Origin: Negaprion brevirostris
Lineage: Eukaryota
Assembly: GCA_030324005.1 (NCBI GenBank)
Contig: JARDVH010000110.1
Coordinates: 37,218,817-37,282,816 of the forward strand
Direction: 5' to 3'
Length of the DNA stretch: 64,000 nucleotides
Part shown: positions 37,075-50,149 of the stretch, piece by piece
Position numbering within the stretch: the first letter of the stretch is position 1
Layout of the letters: each line of letters opens with the position of its first letter
The notes under the pieces: generated by a model
What the model was told of the DNA's origin: nothing
Databases searched by the model: none
The model's input: only the letters and a program-made list of their open reading frames with translations
Program-made: the position numbers and the translations under genes

Positions 37075-37184
37075 GGCTGGAATTCTTTGGTCCCACTGCA
37101 ATAAATGGAGATTTGGCTGAGAGCCAAATTCTCTGTTCCCAAGGACAGCAGTGACCAGGCGGATGAGATTGGAGAATTCTGGCT
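37075..37184 (-). mobile_element. Harbinger-like MITE (family of 57201-57336)
   Basis: ggagatttggctgagagccaaattctct is the reverse complement of the core of the 56891 and 57201 copies; end ggagaattctggc. Confidence 0.7.
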
Positions 37185-37746
37185 TCAACCTCCATTTTGA
37201 TTGCAACTTTTTAATCATTTTTCGAAAACATGCTCAATCTTCATCAATTGTTAGGATGAAAACTGGACAGGAGAAATTAGTTGCAGATGCACCAAATCAT
37301 TTTATAAACCTTAGTATGCTTCGTTCTGCACTGTATTGATCTAACAATATTTTCAAGTAGCTTTAATAAATGATCAGTGATTACTTCAAGTGTCCTTCCC
37401 ACTTAGATACTTTTAATGGGTAATTATGCATTGAGTATAAATGAATTGAGTTGCTAGGTCCCATGTGCATAAAATAACATTTACTCACCTTAAATTACAT
37501 TAGACATTTATGAATCTGTTCACTTAACTGCTCTAAATCAACTTTGAACCTACTAAATTCCTTATTGTCAAAGCTTGCGCACATCATCTCCATAATTTCT
37601 GTACAATTTAGCACTAATTTGTGGCAGCATCACTCAAAAAAAAGCCACTTGGTAGGTGCACTGGGAATTTGTAAAGTCATGTATTATTCTATGTTTAAAA
37701 TGAAAATACGTAGTGAATAATTGTAAGAACGTTATCCACACACTAT

Positions 37747-38170
37747 GGGCGTGGTTTTCCCATTTTGATTCTAAGTGCTGAATCTGGGAGTGTTTCAGAT
37801 CTGACTTTTAGACCCGTCCTTAGACACCCCCAAATGCACTCTGCCTGAAATAAATATCAGTGATTCTGAATTGCATTGCAGAAGCCATTGGGCAGGATTT
37901 ATCGCACCTGAAATGCTGCAGCTCCAATCGGCACCTCTAACCACACATGTGCAGTAAAAACATATTTGAAAAATACTCCCCTGGCACATCGCTCCCGGGC
38001 CCGACAATGCCTCTCTCCTAGCCCCACAGACATTGCCCCACACCCACAAGATTACTGTCCCCCTTATCCCCCAGCACCCGCTTCCCAGACCGATCACGGC
38101 TCCCTGCTCCCCTTCCCCTTCACTGATCACATGCAGAATGGCAGCAGATCCCCCTTCCCCCACCCCCAGT
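37747..38170. mobile_element. Left part of a non-autonomous DNA transposon
   Basis: Starts gggcgtggttttccc (TIR-like) followed by a GC/C-rich body; other end not identified. Confidence 0.45.
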
Positions 38171-38258
38171 GACTACATACCAGCTAGCTGTTTATCCCAG
38201 CCATGGAATTAACAACCTGCTTCCATGTTCCTGACCAACCATAGGGTGTGGGCTTAAT

Positions 38259-38526
38259 TGTTATAATGTAACCAATGGTAACATGCTGTGAGGGTCAGCT
38301 GACCAACTGACTCAGTAGACAATATAACAAATGACAAAATGATGTGGTGGTCANNNNNNNNNNNNNNNNNNNNNNNNNNNNNNNNNNNNNNNNNNNNNNN
38401 NNNNNNNNNNNNNNNNNNNNNNNNNNNNNNNNNNNNNNNNNNNNNNNNNNNNNNNNNNNNNNNNNNNNNNNNNNNNNNNNTTTTTTTATTGCTTACAACT
38501 GAAGAATTCCTTCTGCTGGATGAACA
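38259..38526. mobile_element. Solo LTR (spans gap), 5-bp TSD TTAAT
   Basis: TGTT...AACA termini; TTAAT at 38254-38258 and 38527-38531. Confidence 0.75.
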
Positions 38527-38661
38527 TTAATGACATTAGGTATCCGTCAATGGGAGCATTCCTAGTTTCAGGGAATCGACAAGGATCAGAACGATTATAC
38601 TCTGTATTGGTTTTTGCAGCTTCTGCAAACAGAAAAGGGAAGCTGAAATGAAAAGGCTACT

Positions 38662-38869
38662 CCCTCCACCAATTCTCTACCTTCTGCCTGAGGGTCTTGT
38701 TGCAGGCTGTGAGGGATGCAGTGAAATACTGTTTCCAATGGACAAGAGGGAGAAGGCAGTGTCTGAAACCAAGCGGGTATGGAAGTCAGTCGCCAAAGAA
38801 ATGAATAACGGAAGGGTGGTCCTTTGAAAATTGACATCACACAACAATGATCTCATGGTGACATGCAAG
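38662..38869 (+). pseudogene. Relic PIF/Harbinger Myb/SANT-like DNA-binding protein exon
   Basis: With one frameshift and one stop: QFSTFCLRVLLQAVRD/SEILFPMDKREKAVSETKRVWKSVAKEMN...NDLMVTCK, followed by the splice donor AAG|GTGAAT. Confidence 0.7.
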
Positions 38870-39349
38870 GTGAATGGCATCCCACTTTCAGGAGAACTCC
38901 CTCAGAAGAAGCTGTGTGAATGTAAGCCGTTCACATAGACAGAGAAGTAGATACGCAGTTTCACATTTTAACAGCTTCCCAGCCTATCAACTACATTGAT
39001 CGTTGACTCCCCATTCTGCTTTTGTTTCATTGACAGTGGCGAGCTCCACACAGCTTGGAAAACATTTGTGCCAGCCATGAAATCCAGTTTGCTGAGTTAA
39101 GGCATAATTCATTGGCTATTTATATATTAAAATCAGAAACCCACATTTGTGTTTCCGATCTTCCTTTAAATGCACCTCACTGAAAGACAGCAGAATCATA
39201 TTGCATTTCTGACATTTTGGGGGGTAATTAATCCCTGGTCTGCCCTAGAACCCACCCCAAGTTAAAATTCTTCCCAATGAGTCAAAGGGCCTCCTGGGTT
39301 GTGTGATTTTATTGGAGAAGAACAATGAATACCACAATATATTTTAGTT

Positions 39350-39470
39350 TTTATTTATTCCTCAGCTGCCATCACTCAAACAAATTAGTTGGTCATTATC
39401 TCATTGTTGCCTGTGGGATCAAGCTATGCACAAGTTGGTTACTTCCTTTCTCATACTTAAAATAGTCAAA
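39350..39470 (+). mobile_element. DeuSINE internal fragment
   Basis: tttattcctca...catcact...ttggtcattatctcattgttgcctgtgggatc...gcacaagttgg. Confidence 0.65.
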
Positions 39471-40049
39471 GATTTATGCTGTGGATGGAGGCCCTTCAGC
39501 CCATCAAGTCCAGACTGGTGTAATAATTATGCTACTTAGCTGACTGTAAAACAGGCCTCAGGTTCAAATTCTGATAGATACTCATTGAACCAAATTCAGC
39601 TGCAAGGGAATGGGGGCATCTGAATTGACCTCATTCTGCCCAACTGGGAAGGTGAAGAGTTGCCGTGGATTCCATTTTGTTTGGTATCTGTTGACTCCCC
39701 CACTGAGTAACACGCATATATGACTGTTGGTTCAGGTTGACTCATGCTTACTATCTCATGATGAAATATCCATCAGACAGTCAGTGGGGGTGGTGGAGAG
39801 CTTGGTCAGTTTCAACCTGTTGGGATGAGAGAAGAAGGAACAGGGGAGCTGTCCAGCCAAGTGAAAGGTTAAAAGACCAAAAAAATGTCAGTAAGCTATT
39901 AGTAATCAACCTCCACAATTAACTCAAGAGCATTATTCATGCGTGCAAAACCTCATTGTGACAGGTACATTTGACATTTGAATGTGTTAAAAGGCGATTG
40001 AGTGCAGTTTTAATCTTTGATTCTGTCTTTCTCAGTACATGCCAGGTTG

Positions 40050-40159
40050 AACAAAGCAAGAGGACCGTGGGTGTTGACAAGGTATCAAGGTAGATAAGTC
40101 GCCTGGACCAGATGGGATGTACCCCAGGATACTGTGGGAGGCGAGGGAAGAGATTGCAG
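40050..40159 (+). mobile_element. Young CR1 ORF2 fragment at a gap edge
   Basis: IKVDKSPGPDGMYPRILWEAREEIA. Confidence 0.9.
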
Positions 40160-41683
40160 NNNNNNNNNNNNNNNNNNNNNNNNNNNNNNNNNNNNNNNNN
40201 NNNNNNNNNNNNNNNNNNNNNNNNNNNNNNNNNNNNNNNNNNNNNNNNNNNNNNNNNNNNNNNNNNNNNNNNNNNNNNNNNNNNNNNNNNNNNNNNNNNN
40301 NNNNNNNNNNNNNNNNNNNNNNNNNNNNNNNNNNNNNNNNNNNNNNNNNNNNNNNNNNNNNNNNNNNNNNNNNNNNNNNNNNNNNNNNNNNNNNNNNNNN
40401 NNNNNNNNNNNNNNNNNNNNNNNNNNNNNNNNNNNNNNNNNNNNNNNNNNNNNNNNNNNNNNNNNNNNNNNNNNNNNNNNNNNNNNNNNNNNNNNNNNNN
40501 NNNNNNNNNNNNNNNNNNNNNNNNNNNNNNNNNNNNNNNNNNNNNNNNNNNNNNNNNNNNNNNNNNNNNNNNNNNNNNNNNNNNNNNNNNNNNNNNNNNN
40601 NNNNNNNNNNNNNNNNNNNNNNNNNNNNNNNNNNNNNNNNNNNNNNNNNNNNNNNNNNNNNNNNNNNNNNNNNNNNNNNNNNNNNNNNNNNNNNNNNNNN
40701 NNNNNNNNNNNNNNNNNNNNNNNNNNNNNNNNNNNNNNNNNNNNNNNNNNNNNNNNNNNNNNNNNNNNNNNNNNNNNNNNNNNNNNNNNNNNNNNNNNNN
40801 NNNNNNNNNNNNNNNNNNNNNNNNNNNNNNNNNNNNNNNNNNNNNNNNNNNNNNNNNNNNNNNNNNNNNNNNNNNNNNNNNNNNNNNNNNNNNNNNNNNN
40901 NNNNNNNNNNNNNNNNNNNNNNNNNNNNNNNNNNNNNNNNNNNNNNNNNNNNNNNNNNNNNNNNNNNNNNNNNNNNNNNNNAGGGAGGTGGGTGAGGTGA
41001 CATGGCTCACTCTGCAACCAAGATGAGGGAGAAGTCACTGCGTACTCCACAACTGACAATCAACTGGGAGGGGAGCATGGTCAGCCTGTCCATGCAGGGA
41101 GTAATCAGTCAGCCTGTGATTGGGAAGGGCAATTGGGTGCGTAGCCCAGCAATAGATGGGAGGAGGCGGTGATAGAGACCGCTGCTCTGTACTATTCCAC
41201 AGAAAAGAGAGTTCTGCACGTGCACAAGAGCGCCCTCTTTTGCAATTGCTGGCTGTCAGGTAAGCTTAGGCCCTTCCCCTGTCCCTGTTGGTGGGAAACA
41301 GATATTATTTCATTTTTTGCTCAAAGAGTGGTAAAATTGGATTTTAACTCATCCAAATTATTGACTTGATTCTCTCCCATTTTCCCACTTGTTTGGCATT
41401 CTTTTGGTAAGAACGCATCCAGGGTGTCCTGGTTGAGAATTCACTCTCTGAATTTGGCTGAGCACAAGACCCTCAGACCTTTCCATTAAGTTTTCATTGG
41501 CATTTGCAGTTTCCTTGTGGGCAATGTGCTGTCAGGTGGGTTAGGAGGGCACAAGTTGCCAGAAAGGGTCAATGTCAAAACAATGGTGAATTTCTTTATC
41601 TCCACCTCTTTCTATGGGTTAGCTAGTGACATGTAGAATTTCACAATTTGCTGCACAAACACATCTCCCAAGTGATAGATATG

Positions 41684-41888
41684 GGGCTGGATTTCTGGCC
41701 TCCCTGCGGGATCTACCTCGCTGTGGGTGGTGGCACACCATTGGTTAGCAGCAGGACTTTCTGGTCTTGAAGCAGAATTGGAATTTCTTATTGAATCCAT
41801 CCCACGCCACTGGGGAACCCACAGCAGGAATACGCCATTGGCAGGAGTAGAACATCATGTGGGCAGGAACATTCGAAATGTTCCAACC
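41684..41888. mobile_element. Harbinger-like MITE (~200 bp)
   Basis: ggggctggatttc start and aatgttccaacc end; body similar to the 22082 MITE. Confidence 0.55.
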
Positions 41889-42599
41889 ATAATGTTTGCC
41901 AGGTCACCATTTATCTTCACTTAGGTACTGCAAAGTCCAGCCAGAATGAGAGCCCTTGGATTTTCTGCTCATCAGGCCTTCCACTGGTCAAAGAGTCATA
42001 CATCACACGTATGTGGAGATCAAGGCAGCCCCAGATCACCCAGCAGCATTATTCAAACAAATAGAATTCCACTTCATCCATGTTTTGCTGCTAACTAACC
42101 ACCCAAGATAACATGGAAGCTGCCATAGTGCCTTCACCTTCTGTCACTCAAGTCTCCCATCAATCTTCACAATTCCAAACAGAGTCAATAAATGACAGCT
42201 TGAAGATTAGAGTTATCCTCTAAGGATAAAGGCTAGAATTCTCCTATCCCATGGGAATTGAAGTGGGTGGGGACAGACCATGTAAAAGTCCATGGCTGGA
42301 GAACCCCACCCTTAATGTCAAAGAAACTTTCAATGCCTGATTGTGAAGCAGACACCGATACTAGGATGTTTTGGTGTTGTATTCCTTGCCATTCTAGTAC
42401 CCTTCCCTTCTTTATATACGCTTCAGAATATAATTAGTACTCAACATCTGTTCATCTAACCACCATTACCTACTAAGTACTTAACATTCATTATCAAAAC
42501 CTATTAGGCATTTATATGTGGCTGTTGACTTGCATGACAAGCTCTACCACTGACATNNNNNNNNNNNNNNNNNNNAGTTATATGGATGTGTGTATGCAC

Positions 42600-43260
42600 T
42601 TGCTTGTCAAGTGATGCTGTAACTAACCACTGCCAAACTCACTGCATACGATGGCTCAGAAATTCCATCCCTAGGATCAATTACTCAAGTGTCACTACCA
42701 CAGCTCATCCTGGTCACCTCAGATATTTCACATGTGGACACCATGGGTCCAGCGATTACAGGCCTACAAGCAAGCAGGGACTGGTCTTTGGTCACCACCT
42801 CATAGAATCATAGAGTCCCCACAGTGCAGAAGAAGGCCATTTGACCCATTAAAGCCTGGAACGATAATCCCACCCAGGCCCCACCCCGTAACCCCACATA
42901 CTCATCCCGTTAATTCCCCTAACCTACACATCCCGGGACACTGAGGGGCAATCTAGCATGGCCAGTGCACCGAACCTGCACATCTTTGGATTGTCAAAAC
43001 AATAACCAGGATCAAAGATGGTGAGGAGTACTATTGAAAATTTCATGCTTACGCTGGGAGAAGAGCAACTAGTTCTGCACATCATCACTGACAGGCTACA
43101 TAGCACAATACCAACTGAATATGTATACTGACTTCAAACTTTACCAGACCATGGGGCAATATGGAATTACAACTTAACAGACAAATGCCGAAAACTCTCC
43201 CCAGTCATCACTCATCAATATTCACAAGATTATAAGATGCACTGATGAAAAAAAAGGGAT
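42600..43260 (+). mobile_element. Ty3/Gypsy protease/pre-RT remnant interrupted by HE1
   Basis: TTAKLTAYDGSEIPSLGSIT...VDTMGPAITGLQASRD; downstream MGQYGITT-like segment. Confidence 0.7.
42801..42992 (-). mobile_element. HE1/V-SINE 3' half
   Basis: catagaatcatagagtcccacagtgcagaagaaggccatttg...gggcaatctagcatggcc. Confidence 0.9.
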
Positions 43261-43604
43261 GAATGATGCCCATGAGATGCATGTAGGTAAAGAATTATCA
43301 AACCTCAATTTAAGATAATAAGTCCAAGTACATTACACAATGTGCCTCACATCGCCAGGGACACAGGGTGACTGTTAGTATGGACTTTGCATGTTCTCCC
43401 CATGTTTGCGTGAGTTTCCTGTGGGTGCAAACAGAATGTAGTCTTAGATGCAACACGAGGCCCGACGAATAGCCAGCATTCTGAACATTCAGCAGCATCC
43501 AGCCAGAGTCATCATAACTAACTCTGGACAGATAAGCAAATCACCAATATATATTGGAGAATTGTCATTTTATTGCTTTGTATAATGATACGCTCCAAGA
43601 TAAT

Positions 43605-43727
43605 GGGTGGAATTTTATGGCCTCACTTGTCCCAAAAGTGTAAAATCCCATCCAAGGTCAAAAGACCCATTGTTTGCCTCTCGCCCACTCCAATTTCCAT
43701 GGAAGGCGGGGCAGTAAAATTCTAGCC
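43605..43727 (+). mobile_element. Harbinger-like MITE, TSD AAT
   Basis: gggtggaattttat / gtaaaattctagcc; AAT on both flanks. Confidence 0.8.
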
Positions 43728-44264
43728 AATGTTATTTTATTTTGCTGTCATGTAAATAGTTTGATTCCTTAAAGATAAACCTCTAATTTTGAAAAAAACG
43801 GAGGCGTGGTGATTTGATGTACATGTCATTTTACGATTTATATATGTATATATCTTAAACTGCTGTCAATAAATATCACTGAGACAGGATGTGATATGAA
43901 TGCCCATGACTTTCAGCAGCAACATTTAGAAGCCAGGAGTGTACATTCAGCCTCTCAGTTAACATTGTTTATAATGTTATCTTCCAGTAAAGTACCCATA
44001 TTATTGTCAAATGATTTGTATGTTTATGTTGAATAGAAAAATGTGACATCTGCCTTTCCCTCGTATTTTGTGCACTTGTTCAGAGGGGTAGTTGTAACAT
44101 TGCAAAGAGATGAAGGTGAGTCAGTACTGGATGGTCAGATGGAGATTTGAGAATATGTCTTGACAGAGGGATGTGTTCACCTGCATTTCAGTTGAAGGAC
44201 AATTGTGCTGAAGGTTGGGGAAGACAGTGAAGGGGCATGCACTTGAATGTGCCATGCCACTCAC

Positions 44265-44430
44265 CTTCCTACCCTAATCCAAAAGACATGCTGGTTAGGT
44301 GCATTGACCATGCTAAATTTTCCGTCAATAAACCTGAACAGGTGCCAGAGTGTGATGACTCGGGAATTTTCACAGTAACTTCATTGCAGTGTTAATGTAA
44401 GCGTACTAGTGAAAATAATAAATAAATAAT
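44265..44430 (+). mobile_element. HE1/V-SINE tail-B, 3' half
   Basis: ttttcacagtaacttcattgcagtgttaatgtaagcgtactagtgaaaataataaa. Confidence 0.88.
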
Positions 44431-44551
44431 CAAGTCATTAAACCTCTTTCAACATTGCATCCAGAAGCAGCGATACTTCTGCTAACCTTACCTGTCACTT
44501 CCAGCCATGACTACTCATTCTTAGCAATGTTAAAATTCAGCCTTAATTGTC

Positions 44552-44876
44552 AGCACAGTAGCACAGTAGTCAGCACTGCTGCTTCACAGCTCCAGGGACC
44601 TGGGTTCGATTCCCAGATTGGATCACTATCTGTGTGGAGTTTGCACATTCTCCTTGTGTCTGCGTGGGTTTCCTCCGTGTGCTCTGGTTTCCTCCCACAG
44701 TCCAAAAATGTGCGGGTTAGGTTGATTGGCCATGCTAAAATTGCCCCTAGTGCCCTGGGATGCATAGGTTTGAGGGATTAGTGGGTGAAGTATGCGGGGA
44801 TGGGGCCTGGGTGGGATTGTGGTCAGTGCAGACTTGATGGGCTGAAGGGCCTCTTTCTGTACTGTGGGGTTTCTAT
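44552..44876 (+). mobile_element. HE1/V-SINE, CR1-type tail
   Basis: Full head with B-box ggttcgattccc, V core and tail. Confidence 0.93.
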
Positions 44877-46757
44877 AAAATGCTTTGGAGTAACAGTTTG
44901 TGGGTATTATATTTTATACACAATGACCATAATTTTCCAAAGGAATCATTAAGACAAGATAAGAATGTTTTTGTATGGTGAGTAATGGATAGTGTGAAGA
45001 GATGTTGGACCATATTCTTCCTTGGGATGTTGACATTGCTGACTAAGTTAGCATTTATTGCCAATTCATAATTAGAGTATTCCATCATACTCATGCCTTA
45101 TCCTACTCTGTAAACCTTTCACTGTATAATGCAATGAAGTTTTTTTTTAAGCAGTTATTTTAGCAGGAACATATGCCGTTATGGCAAAAAAAAAGAACAG
45201 AATGACGTAAATGCACTGAAACATTGGTCTTCTTTAAAGAATTAGTAGTTGTGGCACAATCACTGAAAGGTTATCAGATAATAACTTTTAATTGATTGCA
45301 AGAAATTTCTGGAGTTGGGAAGTAGGAGGAGGTCTCGTCACTCCAAACAAACAATTTTGTTAGCCTGATTGGCAGTTTGACTCTCTGCTGGGGACACTAA
45401 CAGTATATACATCTATGAGCGTTCCTGCAATGTAAATTTCTCACAGATTTAAATAATATTATTCACTTCACATTGAACTATTACTTTGCTATTGCTCTTG
45501 TACAAAACTGATGAAAGCAAAAACATTTGAGCATTGGAACACATTAATTGGTGAGAAAAATGTATTTAATATAACCAATTTATATCTGGAGGTGTCAGTG
45601 ATTCTTTGGTCAACAGGCAGATTTGAATTTTGAAATCTCAGCATGATTGTGGAAACTTTCTTTGTCAGCAAGTACCTTTCTTAATTGATTTCCATGTACA
45701 ATAGCTCCTGCTCTTGGCACGGTGCCCAGACAAACTTGCACTCGCACAATGAATTTGCTGAGGTGAAATATAATACACAGCAGAATGTAAGTTGGAGAAT
45801 ATCAGCTCCCTGAAGTTAAAACTTCTATGTGTTTCCATATTTCTGCTCGCAAGTAGGTTTTGAAAAGAAAGTAGTTCACTCTTCCTGGGCATAATGATTG
45901 CTACTGAGGCTAAATTTCTCTTTTGACAAGAGACCTGTNNNNNNNNNNNNNNNNNNNNNNNNNNNNNNNNNNNNNNNNNNNNNNNNNNNNNNNNNNNNNN
46001 NNNNNNNNNNNNNNNNNNNNNNNNNNNNNNNNNNNNNNNNNNNNNNNNNNNNNNNNNNNNNNNNNNNNNNNNNCTGAGCCAAGGGTGTGTCAAAGTTAGG
46101 ATGTCCATGCAATTTCTTTCAATAAGAAGGATATTTGAAATGAAGCCTGCATCTGTTATACGCAAATTCTGTTGTCACAACAGCATGAAAAGTTTAGCAG
46201 TACCTCATATATATGCATAGATTACATGCAAGCAGTCATGCTGCTAAATTCAACTATATATTGATGACTACAGATTTGTAATTATGCCCCATTGAAACTT
46301 GTCACTGTTCCATTATCCAAACTTTCATAAAATAGGTATGCAGCATCTGGGGAGGAGAGAATGGATGTGACATTTAAATTGCAATGGACAGATTTAGCAG
46401 CTGCACCATTGTGCTGCAGATACCAATCCTAGACTGGTATCTGTTGTGTAACAGCATCATTAATCAACTTTCCTTACCATTACCAAGGACTATGAATCAT
46501 TACATTTAAACAATTGAAAACAGATTCTGGATGACTTTACCCTATACTGCTGCCAAACAGTAAAAGCTATTAGTATCACTTTTGGTCCACTTCACTGACC
46601 TTTTCCAGTGCCAGAATGCTTTTGTTGTGCTATCCTATGTAATGTCCTTTTCATATACTGGGAGGTATTAGCCTGGAAAAGACTTTACAAGTGCACTACC
46701 ACTAACTACGCATATGCGCTTATATGCACATTTGATGATCTTTCCAACCTGATCTGT

Positions 46758-49714
46758 TGTAGAAGTGCTGCGTTCCCAAAGACTGCTGACCTATGACTTA
46801 CAACAGACAATAGTTTATCCACAAGCTAGCCAAGCAGCTATTTTGTGCTTGTTCTCTGCCCACCCTCCATGGAGAATGCCCATGCTTTTGTCACATTATT
46901 TCTTAAGTAACCATATCATCAAGTGGTCTTTGGATCTACATCTTCCCCTTTTAAGTTGGGACAACCAGTGGTACGGAGGTGTAACAATGTGCACAAACGC
47001 TAATTATGTACAAACCATTTTATAACATAAAGATTGAACAGGCTAACATTACATAACTATTTACAAAGGGTGAGATACAGATTGAGCTATTGCTGCTGCA
47101 GACTCCATCACATTTCCTCCTACACAGACTATTCAATCCCTGAGTAACTCATCAGTAAGACAGAGAAATGGCCCTGGGTCCTGCAAGATTTAGTAAGGTG
47201 TAGATTTGTATCTTTTTTGGATTGTTCAATAATTCAGCACTGAAATACGTACGCCAAACTTTCGCAAACTTGACCCATTTGACTGCAATATTCCCACTGA
47301 ATACAAGTGGGTTAACATGGCAGAGTCCTTGTACCATGATTTGATTTGTTATTGTCACATATATTGGGATACAGTAAAAAGTATTGTTTCTTGCGTGCTA
47401 TACAGACAAAACACACCGCTCATCAAGTATAGTGGAGAGAAGGAAAGGAGAGGGGTCAGAATATAGTGTTACAGTCATTGCTAGGATGTAAGGAAAGCTC
47501 AGCTTAATATGTGTTAGGCCAATTCAGAAGTCTGATGGCAACAGGGAAGAAGCTATTCTTGAATTGGTTGGTACATGTCCTCAGGCTTTTGTATCTTGTT
47601 CCCTGATGGACGAAGGTGGAAGAGAATATGTCCAGGGTGTATGGGGTCCTTGAATATGCTGGCTGCTTTTCCAAGGCAGCGGGAAGTGTAGGCAGAGTCA
47701 ATGGATTTGAGTCTAGTTTGTGTGATGGACTGGGTTATGTTCACAATCCTTTGTAGTTTCTTGCAGTCTTGGTCAGAGCAGGAGCCATACAAAGTTGTGG
47801 TACATCAAGAAAGGATGCTTTCTATGGTGCATTTGTAAATATTGGTGAGTGTCATAGTACTCATACCTTCTTAGCCTCCTGAGAAAGCAAAGGCATTGGT
47901 GAGCTTTCTTAATTATATTGTCAGCTTGGAGGGACCAGGACAATTTGTTGGACACTTAAAAACTTGAAGCTCTTGATCATTTCCACTTCATCATCATTGA
48001 TGTAGTCTGGCATGTCTGCCACTATGCTTTCTGAAGTCGATGACAACTCTTTCATTTTACTGATATTGAGGAAGAAATGATTGTCGTTGCACCAGTTCAC
48101 CAGATTCTCCATCTTTCTTGTATTCTGTCTTCTCATTGTTTGAGACCCGACCCAATATAGTGGGGCCATCAGCAAACTTAAAAATGGAGTTGGAATGGAA
48201 TTTGGCCATGCATACGTGAATAAGGAGTATAGCAGAGGCTAAGAACACAGCCTTGAGGGGCACTGGTGTTGAGGATAATTGTGGAGGAGATGTTGTTGCT
48301 TATCCTTACTGATTGTGGTCTGTGGATTAGGAAGTCTAGGATCCAGTCGCAGAAGGAGGAGCCAAGCCCTAGGCCAAGAGTTTGGTGATGAGTTTTATTT
48401 GGATAATGGTCTTGAAGGCTGAGCTGAAGTCAATATACAGGAGTCTGACCAAATGTCCTTGACATCCAGGATTGAGTGTAGGACCAGGGAGATGTCATCT
48501 GCTCTGAACCTATTATAGCGTTGTGAACTGTAGTGGACCCAAGCAATTTAGGAGACCAAAATTGATTCATGCCATGACTAATCTTTCGAAGCACTTCATA
48601 ATAATGGATGTCAGATTCACTGGGTGGTAGTCATTAAGGCACGCTGCCTGGCTTTTCTTTGGTACAGGGATGATGGTCATCTTCCTGAAGGAGGTGGGGA
48701 CCTCAGATTGATATAATGAGAGAATAAAGATGTCTGCAAATATCCCGCCAGCTGGTCCGTGCAGGATCCGAGTGATCATCCGGGCACTCCCTCCAAGCCC
48801 ATCTTTCCAAAGGTTAGCTTTTAAGAAGATCAATCTGATATCTGAAATATTCACATCAGATACCAGTTCAGCCAAGACTTCAAGGCAGATGATGTCTTCT
48901 CACTGACGTCTTGCTCAAAACGGACAGAGAATGCTTTGTGCACATTGGGGAGGAGTGCATTGTTGTCAGTGATACTACACGCCTTCATCTTGTAGCCATC
49001 TTTGTCTTGCAGGCGTTTTGCCATGGTCGGTGGGAGTCCATATGGCTAGCCTGGGATTCTAACTTGGTCTAGTACTGTCTCTTGGCATGTTTAATGATTT
49101 TCCCTAGAACGTATCTGGATTTTTTATGTCAATCAGTGTCACCCAACTTGAACGCCTCAGATCTGGACTTCAGCAAGCAGTGGATATATTTGTTCATTCA
49201 TAGTTTCCCATTGGGGAACACAGGGATTTGCTTCTTTGGCACACAGTCTTCCACGTACTTACTAATGAAATCAGTTACTGTATTGATGTTCTTACTCAGG
49301 CTGGTCGCTGAGTTGTTAAATATTGACCAGTCCACTGACACGAAGCAGTCCCGTAGGCGATCATCCGATTCCTCAGACCAACATTGCACAGCTTTCTTTA
49401 TCTGATTCTTTTGCTTCAGTTTTTGCTGGTAAGCCAGGAACAGGAGCACAGACTTATGGTCAGATTTGCCAAAATGTGTATGGGCGACAGAGTGCAAGGC
49501 ATGTTTGATGTTTGCCAACTCCTGACATCATGTGGAAACTCTGGGTTCCTAAAGGCTGGCAACCAACAGACAATAGTTTTGTGCTTTCTGAACAACTACT
49601 ACATGCTTGTACTTTGCCCATGCTCCAGGGAGGGATCCCATGCTTCCGTTATGTGATTTCTTAATTAAACACATCAGCATGTCATTACGTCATCAGGTGA
49701 CCAATTGGTCCACA
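46758..49714 (-). mobile_element. Internally deleted Gypsy-type LTR element (two LTRs, PBS, PPT, gag N-terminus)
   Basis: Similar LTRs at 46758-46940 and 49531-~49714; PPT aaaaggggaaga at 46941-46952; PBS tgatgtcaggag at 49519-49530; gag PLVFSGNIAVKWVKF...TLLNLAGPRAI. Confidence 0.75.
47338..49515 (-). mobile_element. Rex1/Babar LINE, 5'-truncated (~2.2 kb; EN end, RT, 3'UTR)
   Basis: HFGKSDHKSVLL, LRDCFVSVDW, IFADIF..SL..SEVPTSF..TIIPVPKK...LNDYHPVNLTSIIMKCFERLV, FKFADG, KNSFFPVAIRLLN; tail gtgacaataacaaatcaaatc. Confidence 0.93.
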
Positions 49715-50149
49715 CCTTTATTATTTAAATATCCTTCAGATCTTGGAATTTAGAAGATGGTTGCAATTTTCCGAAAAGCACTGCATTTTAACTCTCTGGT
49801 AAATGTCAGCAATTATCTTGTGAATTTGCTTACTATAGCAACAGTGGCAATACTCATATATCCAACTAGGTTGTCTGATCACGTTTCCGAAGTATCATTT
49901 CACCTTGGGAGTTCCAACTGCCTATGACTTTGAAAGTCTTTTCACTCGCTTTAAAACGTAGGTAACCTTTCGATGAGATAGCTTTTCTAATAAAAAAAAT
50001 TCATAAAATCCATTGAATCCCTGCAGTGCAGAAGGAGGCTATTCAGCCCTTCGAGTCTGTTGGAATTAACTTTTGCCTCCGTGACATGTTTCTTCTATTC
50101 TAAAACACTCAAGATTAGATTTGGACAAATAAGCAAATTTATAAGCAAA

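Noticed and set aside
39530-39760. Possible ancient tRNA-SINE (ggttcaaattc B-box)
   Set aside because: Too degenerate to assign to a family by eye.
39937-41059. Long ORFs of ~290-360 aa
   Set aside because: N-gap artefacts; the only real coding signal is the CR1 fragment.
44552-44620. tRNA gene (A and B boxes present)
   Set aside because: It is the tRNA-derived head of an HE1 SINE and continues directly into the V domain; the same applies to all other copies.
45670-45760. Possible minus-strand exon (cacctcag...aag|gtactt)
   Set aside because: Neither open frame resembles a known protein, so it is unsupported without expression data.
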